Source of the DNA: a virus
Lineage: Duplodnaviria > Caudoviricetes
Length of the DNA stretch: 55,516 nt
Reading direction: 5' to 3' (one strand)
IMG/VR virus record: IMGVR_UViG_3300036859_000215
Span: 1 to 55,516 of that record
Both the position numbers and the translations under genes were made by a program. Below, piece by piece: positions 9,576 through 17,292 of this stretch; within the stretch, counting starts at the first letter, position 1, and each line of letters starts with the position of its first letter. Below the pieces are notes generated by a model. That model was not told the DNA's origin. It searched no databases and saw only the letters and a list, made by a program, of their open reading frames with translations.

Positions 9576-9914
9576 ATGGAGATCACCGATTTCTCCATGA
9601 CGCGTGGCGATACCAAGCTTATTGATGTGTCGGTCACTGAGATTTCTGACGGCAGCGCCACCACGATCAGCGGCGCCACCATCAATTGGAAAGCCACCAA
9701 ATCGCACCGCTCCTCGGCGGTAATTAGCAAGGCCACGGGCGGCTCGGGCATCGCCATCACCGGAACCAATACCTTCCGCATCACGCTCAACGCCGCGGAC
9801 ACATCAAGCCTGACGCCAGGAGACTACTATCACGAAGCCCAGGTCAGCTTCTCCGATGGAGAGGTGGCCACCGTGCTCAAGGGCGTGATGACGCTCGAAC
9901 TGGGATTTATCTAG
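9576..9914 (+). CDS. BppU-like/tail fibre adaptor domain protein
   Basis: RGDT...ISGATI.W...ITLNAADT..L..G.YYHEAQV...G.V.TV..G pattern. Confidence 0.65.
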   Translation: MEITDFSMTRGDTKLIDVSVTEISDGSATTISGATINWKATKSHRSSAVISKATGGSGIAITGTNTFRITLNAADTSSLTPGDYYHEAQVSFSDGEVATVLKGVMTLELGFI

Positions 9915-9955
9915 GGGGAATTTCCTAAACATATCGGCCAATCGCCGCCTATCGT
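9914..9955 (+). promoter_or_regulatory. Putative late promoter motif copy
   Basis: GGGGGAATTTCCT, then TATCGT 32 nt after the core G; upstream of the lysis cassette. Confidence 0.55.
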
Positions 9956-9993
9956 TCCGGCACCGTCATCTGGGACTGGGGGAACGATGTGCT

Positions 9994-10515
9994 GTGGCTG
10001 ACTGGACAAAAACAGGCACTATTGCCGTCCCTTCGGCGGTGAGAGCATTTGACGTGATTCCTACTAAAACGTTGTTCGTCGGGCTGCTTGTCGGGCTGGC
10101 GCATATCACTTCGGGAATTGCTGTATTAGTGAATCCGGCCGCGCTGAATGTCACTCCGCTCGCACTTTTGGTTAGTGGTGCAGACTTGCTCGGTTATACG
10201 AATGGCGGGCTTGCTGGCATGCTGCTCTTGACCGCTGGCGTCATGGCGGTCATCGGGAGCAGTAGAGGCATTCATGCCACGCGTCTGACGCGCGCACTGC
10301 TCTTCTCCCCTCAGGAATTTCTTTTAGTCTTGCAGATTGTGTCGATTTCTCTAGCGCTAGTTTCAGGGAAATATCCTGACGGCTATGAGCCAGTCGGCGG
10401 CACTTGGTTCATTGCCGCAGACCAATCTTGGGCTTGGATTCTCGCGGTGTCGCACTCCGTATGGCTCGCCGCATTCATCTACGGAGGCGAGGGGGATGGA
10501 AGGCATCATCGGTGA
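9994..10515 (+). CDS. Multi-pass membrane protein (holin/antiholin candidate)
   Basis: About 4 hydrophobic segments; first gene of the lysis cassette. Confidence 0.55.
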   Translation: MADWTKTGTIAVPSAVRAFDVIPTKTLFVGLLVGLAHITSGIAVLVNPAALNVTPLALLVSGADLLGYTNGGLAGMLLLTAGVMAVIGSSRGIHATRLTRALLFSPQEFLLVLQIVSISLALVSGKYPDGYEPVGGTWFIAADQSWAWILAVSHSVWLAAFIYGGEGDGRHHR

Positions 10516-10840
10516 GGCTGTATCGGCAGTCCTTGAAAAGTTTGGGGTACTCGGTTTTTTCGTCGCGCTCTCGTTTTATCTGCTGTGGGTCGTCTTCAGA
10601 GACAGGAAGAAGCACAATGGCAATGGCAGCGGAATGGCCTACGCACGCAAGTCCGAACTTGACGAGCACAAGAAAATGACCGCTGACCACCTGATCATCA
10701 TAGAAGGTCGCATCGCTGACAATTACGAGGAATTTCTGAAGTTCCAGACTGACGTTGCGAAGGAACTCGCGACGAAGGATGACCTTGACGCAACCGAGCG
10801 GCGCATCATCACGCACATTGACGTTGCGCTGAGGAGATAG
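10496..10840 (+). CDS. Single-TM protein with coiled coil (holin-like)
   Basis: Likely start MEGIIG at 10496 after GAGGGGG; N-terminal TM; directly upstream of the lysozyme. Confidence 0.55.
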   Translation: MEGIIGEAVSAVLEKFGVLGFFVALSFYLLWVVFRDRKKHNGNGSGMAYARKSELDEHKKMTADHLIIIEGRIADNYEEFLKFQTDVAKELATKDDLDATERRIITHIDVALRR

Positions 10841-10853
10841 GGGAACTCACGAT

Positions 10854-11354
10854 ATGGCTTCTCGATTGAAGGGGGTTGGCGCTGCTGCCGGGGTCGTCAC
10901 CGCGCTCGGCCTTCTCGCGATAACTGTGGTCGGCAATTTCGAGGGCCTGCGCCTCTACGCCTACCAAGATGTCATCGGCGTTTGGACGGCCTGTTACGGC
11001 GAAACCAAGGGCATCAAGGGAGGCATGAAGTTCACCAAGGAACAATGCGATGTCATGTTTATCGATGGACTTGCCCGCCATGAGGCAGGGATGCGGAAGT
11101 GCCTGACCTTCCCCGATCTTCTCCCGGAAAAAACCTACGTAGCTTTTCTATCCTTCACCTACAACGTAGGGACTGGCGGATTCTGTCGGTCGAGCATCCG
11201 CTATAAGGCAAATGCGGACGACCTGCGCGGGGCGTGTAACGCACTAATGAAATGGACTAAGGCCAAAGGCCGAACGCTCAAGGGATTAGTCACTCGTAGG
11301 ACACAGGAGCGGAAGCTCTGCCTCCAAGGCGTCTTCGAAGGAGTGGCTTCATGA
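10854..11354 (+). CDS. Endolysin, GH24 lysozyme, SAR type
   Basis: FEGLRLYAYQDVIGVWTACYGET catalytic E-D-T triad; YNVG; GLVTRR.QER; Gly/Ala-rich N-terminal hydrophobic SAR segment. Confidence 0.93.
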   Translation: MASRLKGVGAAAGVVTALGLLAITVVGNFEGLRLYAYQDVIGVWTACYGETKGIKGGMKFTKEQCDVMFIDGLARHEAGMRKCLTFPDLLPEKTYVAFLSFTYNVGTGGFCRSSIRYKANADDLRGACNALMKWTKAKGRTLKGLVTRRTQERKLCLQGVFEGVAS

Positions 11355-11800
11355 TTGCCAATTTCTTTTCGACGATATTCTCCGCCATCACGACCACGCT
11401 TATCCTAGCTGCGGTCGGGAGCGTGGTCGGGATCGCTGCTGCACTTGCATCCCGTTTCGTCGGCGGGTTGTCGTCTTATGGAATAGCAGCCGGAGTCGGC
11501 GCCATCATGCTCGTGGGAACCTACGGGACGGGATATTTGGGCGCGCGCGGGGACTGCAAGTCCGCCATGCAAGTCGCCCAACTTCAGGCCGAGAAGGACA
11601 AGCTGGCGCACGATCTCGCGGCGCTGAACGAGGTCCGCAATTACGAGAGCCAGCAATCGAAGCACCAGGCCGAGCAGCTTGCCGAAGCGCAGGCGCTATA
11701 TCTCAAGGTGGTTGAGGCCATCGCAAAGCATAAGGACGACGGGTCGTGCCCCATCGCGGCATTCGAGGACGAGCTCAAGGCAATCGGAGAAATGAAATGA
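11351..11800 (+). CDS. Rz-like inner-membrane spanin
   Basis: N-terminal TM segments plus coiled coil; follows the endolysin. Confidence 0.65.
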   Translation: MIANFFSTIFSAITTTLILAAVGSVVGIAAALASRFVGGLSSYGIAAGVGAIMLVGTYGTGYLGARGDCKSAMQVAQLQAEKDKLAHDLAALNEVRNYESQQSKHQAEQLAEAQALYLKVVEAIAKHKDDGSCPIAAFEDELKAIGEMK

Positions 11801-12084
11801 TGAAGTTGACGCCTCTGTTACTGCTCCTCCTGACCGCAGGCGTGGTGCCCGGCTGCGATCCGAAGGGCGCGGTTCCTCCCGGCGTGGTACTGCCCCATGC
11901 GCCCGCTCACTATGCCGGGTGCTTCAAGCAGCTCACCACCATTCCGATTTCAAGCCTAACCCGCGAGAAGGTCGTGCTTCTGGTAGCCGAGTTGCGCAAG
12001 TCCGAACTCGCTAAGAGCCGGTGTGGAAGAGACCTTTTGGATTGGTATGGACGTGTTCGCGTGGCCTACGGCCCGAAGAAATGA
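11797..12084 (+). CDS. Rz1-like outer-membrane lipoprotein spanin
   Basis: MMKLTPLLLLLLTAGVVPGC signal/lipobox-like Cys; Pro-rich. Confidence 0.6.
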   Translation: MMKLTPLLLLLLTAGVVPGCDPKGAVPPGVVLPHAPAHYAGCFKQLTTIPISSLTREKVVLLVAELRKSELAKSRCGRDLLDWYGRVRVAYGPKK

Positions 12085-12302
12085 TGAAGTTCCTTGCTGT
12101 CGTCGTCGCTTGCGGAATTTATCAGAACGCAAACCGCGTATGCCTGGAGTGGACAGATCAGCGTTGGCACGCATCGCGTGAGATGTGCATGAAGCGGGCA
12201 CAGGAGATCGTCAAGCAGGTAAAGAATCTAACTTGGTATGCCAGCGTCAAGCTCGAGAAAAACCCAGTTCCGAAATGTGTCGTGAAGGAGAAAACTCAAT
12301 GA
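12081..12302 (+). CDS. Hypothetical protein (signal-peptide-like N-terminus, Cys-containing)
   Basis: Start at ATGATG overlapping the upstream stop. Confidence 0.5.
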   Translation: MMKFLAVVVACGIYQNANRVCLEWTDQRWHASREMCMKRAQEIVKQVKNLTWYASVKLEKNPVPKCVVKEKTQ

Positions 12303-12406
12303 CCAATATGGAGAAGCTCAAAGCCTGGTGGGAGTCGCTTCCCACTTACAAGTGGTGGGTCGCGGTTGTCGTCGCCGTGGTCGTTGTCTTGGTGATGATG
12401 AAGTAG
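12299..12406 (+). CDS. Small single-TM protein
   Basis: MTNMEKLKAWWESLPTYKWWVAVVVAVVVVLVMMK; AAGGAG RBS. Confidence 0.5.
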   Translation: MTNMEKLKAWWESLPTYKWWVAVVVAVVVVLVMMK

Positions 12407-12416
12407 GCCAACCCGG

Positions 12417-12674
12417 ATGGCGCGCCCAGACAGCCTCATGGGATTACACCCGGACGATCAGGCGGACATCTACGCCCACAACCGCAGTCCAATCATTATC
12501 GGCTGGCTCACCGTGAGCTTGCTAGTGGCAATGGCGGTGATCATGCTTCTGATCGGGCTTTATGTCTACGCGGCACCGCCCGGCCTCACCATCGTTCCCA
12601 AATCGTCGGAGCGTTTGTTTCCTGAATTGCCAGTCGATCCAATTTTAGCACAAACCCTAAAGCTGGAGATCTGA
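12417..12674 (+). CDS. Single-TM hypothetical protein
   Basis: 85 aa with a central hydrophobic helix. Confidence 0.5.
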   Translation: MARPDSLMGLHPDDQADIYAHNRSPIIIGWLTVSLLVAMAVIMLLIGLYVYAAPPGLTIVPKSSERLFPELPVDPILAQTLKLEI

Positions 12675-12728
12675 AATGACGAAGATCAAGCAACCGCCTA
12701 TCGCGCCTCCTGATTGGGAGCTTTAGCC

Positions 12729-13169
12729 ATGTCCGTGACCATCCCGCCCATCCTGGTGCTGATCGTATGTAAGACCATTTCTGCCGGTCCGATCGATGAC
12801 GTGGCGACGAACAATGCCCGCTTCACGCAATGGGAAAATCTCACCTGGGCGACCGAGCACTCGATGATGGTGTGCCGGCGCAACGAGATCCAACTTTACG
12901 ATTCGGCGGAAGGCATGAAGCTCAATGAGAAAGACGATCCGGTCATACCGCTCAACCCGAATTTCGCCGACAAGACGCAATGCGCCCGAGCCGGAATCCG
13001 ACTCGCAATGGACTGGGATCAGCAGCACAAGAACTCGCGCTGGCGCGTTTGGCGAGTCGGGTGTCCCACGCCGATGGTGGACACAAACACTGGCGAGATC
13101 GTCGGCTATCAGCTTCCGGATTGCGGCCACCGCGACACGGTGATTTGTGAAACGGACTCTGTCATCTAA
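12729..13169 (+). CDS. Cys-rich secreted-like hypothetical protein
   Basis: Hydrophobic N-terminus; 6 Cys. Confidence 0.5.
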   Translation: MSVTIPPILVLIVCKTISAGPIDDVATNNARFTQWENLTWATEHSMMVCRRNEIQLYDSAEGMKLNEKDDPVIPLNPNFADKTQCARAGIRLAMDWDQQHKNSRWRVWRVGCPTPMVDTNTGEIVGYQLPDCGHRDTVICETDSVI

Positions 13170-13178
13170 TGAGCGGTT

Positions 13179-14222
13179 ATGAACCAGCGCTCTAACACCA
13201 AAGAGGAGTTGGATGCCGCCCTCGCGGCCTATATAAAACATGGCAGCAAGAACGCTGCCGCCCGCGCTCTAGGCTGGAAGCCATCGACGTTCCGCAATCG
13301 GCTTGCCATCGCTCAGAGCGGGATGGACACAGAGGATGCCCCCCCAACTCCAGAAGTCCAATTCCCCGATTTCCCCGACGAAGATATTCCAGTTGAGCGG
13401 ATTATTGAGCTTCAGGCCGAACGCTTCACCAAACGCATGGCCTCGCATGAGGCACACACCTGGTTCCCGATCAAGATTAAAGACAACAAGCCGATCGGGC
13501 TATGCTGGTTCGGAGATCCTCACCTTGACGACAACGGCTGCAATTGGCCCGTTCTTCGGCGTCACGTAGAGCTTTGCAAAGTCACTGATGGGCTTTACGG
13601 CGCCAACGTAGGTGATACCACTAACAACTGGACTGGCCGTCTGGTGAGGCTCTACGCCAACCAGGACACGTCCGTTAAGACCGCTCGTCGCTTGGCCGAA
13701 TGGTTCATGCTCGATAGCGGCGTTCGCTGGCTGATCTGGCTCCTAGGCAACCACGACCAATGGGGCGACGGTTCGGCAATTCTCGCCCAGATGGCCAAGC
13801 GTCACGGGACGCACAAGCTGATCTGCCACGATTGGGAGGCACGGTTCACGCTCAGATTCCCCAACGGATGGGAACCCAAAATCTATACCGCCCACAACTT
13901 CAAGGGCAACTCGATCTGGAATCCGATGCACGGGCCAATGCGGGAGGGGCAATTAGGAGAGGATGCTGATCTCTATGTCTGCGGCGACAAGCACACCGCC
14001 GCCAAGTTCTGTTTCGAGAACGCCGCGCGGGGGCATTTCCAGCATTTCATGCGCGTTCGTGGATTCAAGTTCATGGACGATTTCGCCCGCCGACTCGGAC
14101 TCAAAGAACAGAGCGATGGCTGTTCCGGCGTGACTATCTTCGATCCTGAGAGTCAGTCAATCACCGCGTTTCTCGATGTGGAAGAAGGTGCTCAATTTCT
14201 GACTATGAAGCGTGGTGGGTGA
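13179..14222 (+). CDS. Calcineurin-like metallophosphoesterase with N-terminal HTH
   Basis: GDPH, GDTTNN, GNHD, AH and GDKH motifs; N-terminal GSKNAAARALGWKPSTFRNRL (Fis-like HTH). Confidence 0.82.
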   Translation: MNQRSNTKEELDAALAAYIKHGSKNAAARALGWKPSTFRNRLAIAQSGMDTEDAPPTPEVQFPDFPDEDIPVERIIELQAERFTKRMASHEAHTWFPIKIKDNKPIGLCWFGDPHLDDNGCNWPVLRRHVELCKVTDGLYGANVGDTTNNWTGRLVRLYANQDTSVKTARRLAEWFMLDSGVRWLIWLLGNHDQWGDGSAILAQMAKRHGTHKLICHDWEARFTLRFPNGWEPKIYTAHNFKGNSIWNPMHGPMREGQLGEDADLYVCGDKHTAAKFCFENAARGHFQHFMRVRGFKFMDDFARRLGLKEQSDGCSGVTIFDPESQSITAFLDVEEGAQFLTMKRGG

Positions 14223-14431
14223 TGGCCCGCTACATCCAAGACGACGGCGAGTGGTTTGAGCCAAAGCAACGCGGTTTTCGTCAGCAATGCTGTCATTGCG
14301 GATTGGTTCACGAGATCGACTTTCGGGTGAATGCGCGCGGGAGGGTCGAGGTGCGCTTTTTTCAGCATCCAAAGGCCACTGCCGCCGCTCGTCGGTCGCG
14401 CAAGAAGAACGTGGTGATTGTCGGTGACTGA
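14219..14431 (+). CDS. Small Zn-binding hypothetical protein
   Basis: CCHCGLVH motif. Confidence 0.55.
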   Translation: MMARYIQDDGEWFEPKQRGFRQQCCHCGLVHEIDFRVNARGRVEVRFFQHPKATAAARRSRKKNVVIVGD

Positions 14432-14621
14432 ACCAGAAAAAGGCATTATCGTCACGGTAGTCGAGAGCAGTCCAGGCCAGGTCACGCTATCGGTTTACGA
14501 ACGTCACGGCCCAGAAGCACCAGGCATCACACTTCGTAAGGATCTCGACCTATTCGAGATGCAAAGGATCAACGAAGTGCTGACCAAGGCGCTGTGGTTT
14601 CATGTGCGGACTTTAGTCTAA
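14418..14621 (+). CDS. Hypothetical protein
   Basis: Last ORF of the plus-strand run; converges with the early operon. Confidence 0.45.
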   Translation: MSVTEPEKGIIVTVVESSPGQVTLSVYERHGPEAPGITLRKDLDLFEMQRINEVLTKALWFHVRTLV

Positions 14622-14914
14622 CGTGGTTCCCTTCGTGCCGAGGCAGAGGGCTTAGGTGGCTCGGGTAAAGGCATCCAGTGTGAGGGTTCGGAGCCTTCTT
14701 CAAATGGGTGATAATGGTTTCTATAATCTCGCCAACCGGGACCAACTTCCTTGAAGGTCGAGTCATCGAAATTCGTTTCGAACCACTGAAGGATTGCAAC
14801 GTAAGGACACTGCTTTTTGTCCTTTAGAGTTGGGTAACAACTCCACCACAAAGGATTTGTAGCGAGAATAACCGTCCCGTCCTTCGGCGCCGTCTCGATT
14901 GGCTGCCACTCCAT
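14618..14914 (-). CDS. DUF551-like phage protein
   Basis: MEWQPIETAPKDGT...PSHWMPLPEPP. Confidence 0.8.
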   Translation of the reverse strand: MEWQPIETAPKDGTVILATNPLWWSCYPTLKDKKQCPYVAILQWFETNFDDSTFKEVGPGWRDYRNHYHPFEEGSEPSHWMPLPEPPKPSASARREPR

Positions 14915-14915
14915 C

Positions 14916-15221
14916 TCATCCCTCCTTGGTGGCGGTGAGCATGTATTGCCAGAATGTCGTAAACTCGTTTGGGTAACGTGGTTCAAACCAGTATTCTTCA
15001 CCGTACCCGTCATTACCCCAAGAGGCCTTATGCATCTTCTCTGTCGGCTCCACCGGCACTATAGCCCACCCGGCTGATTCTAGTGCGGAGAGGACTTCGT
15101 CTGCTGCTGTGAGCGGCCAAACCGTGCCAAACGCCTTTTCTAAATGTTTGGCAAGAACATCTCTGGCTTGTTTTTTTGACTCAGGCAACAAGCTAGAACT
15201 TGTATCCTCTCTCGTGCTCAT
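14916..15221 (-). CDS. Hypothetical phage protein
   Basis: GWAIVPVEPTEKM motif common in phage early proteins. Confidence 0.6.
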   Translation of the reverse strand: MSTREDTSSSLLPESKKQARDVLAKHLEKAFGTVWPLTAADEVLSALESAGWAIVPVEPTEKMHKASWGNDGYGEEYWFEPRYPNEFTTFWQYMLTATKEG

Positions 15222-15694
15222 AGGGTGTGGTCCTTGGGGGTTATGGGTTCATCAATCGCTGAGACCCTTACGTATTGGTGAGCCTCACACCATGAGTCCA
15301 TTTTCTCTTTTGGGTTTTCGACGGCTAAGCATTCAGTGATAGATGCGTTTGGGGTGCCGACGATTTCGAGCCATAGCCGTGCGTCCTGCAAATCCTCCAC
15401 TAAGTCGGCTACCGTATCGTTGTAGCTGAACCACTCGCGCTTCAGGTGGTGCTCTTTAAGGAGCGCGTGAATTCGCTGCTCATCAGCCTTGCTGGCAGGG
15501 AACAACGCCTCCCAATTCAAATCCTCCGCACTCCAAGTATTCGCATTGGCTAGGCGCATGTCTGGCGTGTCGGTGTAACCAACCTTCACCGTTTCGCAGT
15601 CGGCCGACACAAGGAAATAGACGAAACCTGACTGTGCCGGTTTCTGTGCGGCAGCGTTGTCCGATTGTTCCGATATGGCTGATTTGTCCGTCAC
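15218..15694 (-). CDS. GIY-YIG/T5orf172-family domain protein
   Basis: GFVYFL...VKVGYT..P..RL...E..IH..L...HLKREWF; start uncertain because the longer ORF runs into attP. Confidence 0.72.
   Translation of the reverse strand: MTDKSAISEQSDNAAAQKPAQSGFVYFLVSADCETVKVGYTDTPDMRLANANTWSAEDLNWEALFPASKADEQRIHALLKEHHLKREWFSYNDTVADLVEDLQDARLWLEIVGTPNASITECLAVENPKEKMDSWCEAHQYVRVSAIDEPITPKDHTL
15632..15652. repeat. Putative integrase arm-type site (left)
   Basis: CTGTGCCGGTTTCTGTGCGGC; near-copy at 15831-15851 on the other side of the att core. Confidence 0.6.
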
Positions 15695-15724
15695 CTTAAA
15701 CCTCTTGTGTTCCAAGGAAATAAA

Positions 15725-15774
15725 TGGCTGGGGGACTTGGATTCGAACCAAGACTGGCGGAGTCAGAGTCCGCG
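15725..15774 (-). other. attP core: 3' half of tRNA-Gln(CTG)
   Basis: Reverse complement reads GCGGA-CTCTGAC-TCCGC anticodon arm, CTTGG-TTCGAAT-CCAAG T arm, TCCCCCAGCCA end; no 5' half; adjacent to the integrase 3' end. Confidence 0.9.
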
Positions 15775-15824
15775 TGGCTGTTCCTATTTCCTGTTTTAGT
15801 ATAGCACATTAGCTCGTGAATCCG

Positions 15825-16838
15825 CTATGCCTGTGCCGACTTTTGTGCGGCGTTATGCAGGTTTTCAAACTCTAAAAAGGCATAGGCCCGCTCCGTTGTA
15901 AGGACCGACTCGTGGCCCAGCCACTCCTTCACGGCCTCCATAGATAGTCCGTAGTCCTGTAGCAGCCGGCAACCGCAGGTGCGCCGTAAATCGTGCCACC
16001 TCAGGGCTCTAATGCCCCCCCGCCGCCTGGCTGCCTTCAACCCCTTCTCCATAGTCTTGAGCCTGTCCCCGTTCCCGTGGCGGAATACATAGGGGCTCCG
16101 AATGTGCCGGGGCATCTGTGCCAGTATTTGTGCCGTCCTCGGCAATATGGGGACCCGGCGCGGCTTCCCGCTCTTGGTGCTACCGTCGAGCCAAATAGCC
16201 TTCGCTTGAAGGTCTACCTTGTCCCAGGTCAATCCGAATTGCTCCTCTCGGCGAAGGCCCGTATCAATCGCCAGTGTAATAGCCGAAAAAACGGCCGGAG
16301 TAGCATTTGCGAGGAGGGTCGTTTCTTCAGCGTGAGACAGATAGCGCGTACGGGCCGGGGCCTCTCGTAACCCCCGTTTCTTCCGGCGCCGCATATAGGC
16401 TGGCACGGGGTTAAGATCGCACCACTCCCATTCGATACAACACCCGAAGATAGATGATAGGCAGGCGAGGTCGCGCCGCACGGTCGGGACAGATGCTTGC
16501 GCGCGGCGCTTGCGCTCGAACTCCATAAGAGCTGCCGTGCCGATCTGGTCGAGAAACTTGCCTTCGAACTCATCTGCCAGCCAATCCAGAGAAACACCGT
16601 AGCGTTTTGCCGAAGAAGGCTTTAGAGTCAGAAAGTGCTCTTTGACAAAGCGCTTGGCTGCCTCATCGAATAGCCTTCGGGGTTTATCTCCCCAAGCTAT
16701 CGCGTCGAGTTCGCCGAGCCATTGGCGATAATGTCTCTCAGCGATTGCCTTAGAAGTTGTTTTAAGGGGGTGTCGCCGCTCCTTACCGTTACGCTGGGCA
16801 CGCCCCCACCATTGTCTGCCTCTCTTATAGACACCCAT
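15825..16838 (-). CDS. int: Tyrosine recombinase (phage integrase)
   Basis: TGLRREE, K, HDLRRT, LGH and Y catalytic motifs; likely start MGVYKRG. Confidence 0.95.
   Translation of the reverse strand: MGVYKRGRQWWGRAQRNGKERRHPLKTTSKAIAERHYRQWLGELDAIAWGDKPRRLFDEAAKRFVKEHFLTLKPSSAKRYGVSLDWLADEFEGKFLDQIGTAALMEFERKRRAQASVPTVRRDLACLSSIFGCCIEWEWCDLNPVPAYMRRRKKRGLREAPARTRYLSHAEETTLLANATPAVFSAITLAIDTGLRREEQFGLTWDKVDLQAKAIWLDGSTKSGKPRRVPILPRTAQILAQMPRHIRSPYVFRHGNGDRLKTMEKGLKAARRRGGIRALRWHDLRRTCGCRLLQDYGLSMEAVKEWLGHESVLTTERAYAFLEFENLHNAAQKSAQA
15831..15851. repeat. Putative integrase arm-type site (right)
   Basis: CTGTGCCGACTTTTGTGCGGC; TGTGC pair 12 bp apart; third copy at 16116-16135. Confidence 0.6.
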
Positions 16839-17023
16839 GATTGCCCCCGTCTCTTTGTCGAGCGCCACCAGGGCTCGAACTCGTCAAGGGTAAACCTCCA
16901 AGCCCCACCGGGGCCAGATGGTTGGTGGGCACCGGGGATTTTCCCACAGGCTGCCATGCGAACTATCTGTCGAACCGAGAAGCCCGTCTTGACCGCTATC
17001 TGTTTGGCTCCAATGGGCCTCAT
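16697..17023 (-). CDS. xis: Excisionase-like HTH protein
   Basis: IAVKTGFSVRQIVRMAACGKIPG...WRF...W (MerR/AlpA-like); overlaps the int start. Confidence 0.75.
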   Translation of the reverse strand: MRPIGAKQIAVKTGFSVRQIVRMAACGKIPGAHQPSGPGGAWRFTLDEFEPWWRSTKRRGQSWVSIREADNGGGVPSVTVRSGDTPLKQLLRQSLRDIIANGSANSTR

Positions 17024-17289
17024 TCAGCCCTCTCAGGAGCGTCGTGGGCGGCTTTAAGAGACTGCCTTATCCTTCCCGCTCTGCGGGACTGAACTGCCGC
17101 CAGCGACTTTAGATGTTTGGCTGTGGTATCGGCTATAAACGCCTCGGCTCTGCGATTGGCCTCGCGTTCGGTTTTGCCGAAGAAGCGGAACCAGCAATCC
17201 CCGCATGTGCTGACATGTACCTTGACCATGTAGCAGTCCGGCGCCCACGTCACGCTCTTGGTGATGAACTCTGGCGGGCGCTCTCCCAT
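17020..17289 (-). CDS. Hypothetical protein
   Basis: Coupled ORF in the leftward operon. Confidence 0.5.
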   Translation of the reverse strand: MGERPPEFITKSVTWAPDCYMVKVHVSTCGDCWFRFFGKTEREANRRAEAFIADTTAKHLKSLAAVQSRRAGRIRQSLKAAHDAPERAE

Positions 17290-17292
17290 CTC

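Noticed and set aside
7115-9914. Diversity-generating retroelement as in BPP-1
   Set aside because: No reverse transcriptase ORF and no template/variable repeat pair noticed
15725-15800. Complete phage tRNA-Gln gene
   Set aside because: The D-arm and 5' acceptor strand are missing; adjacency to the integrase indicates attP
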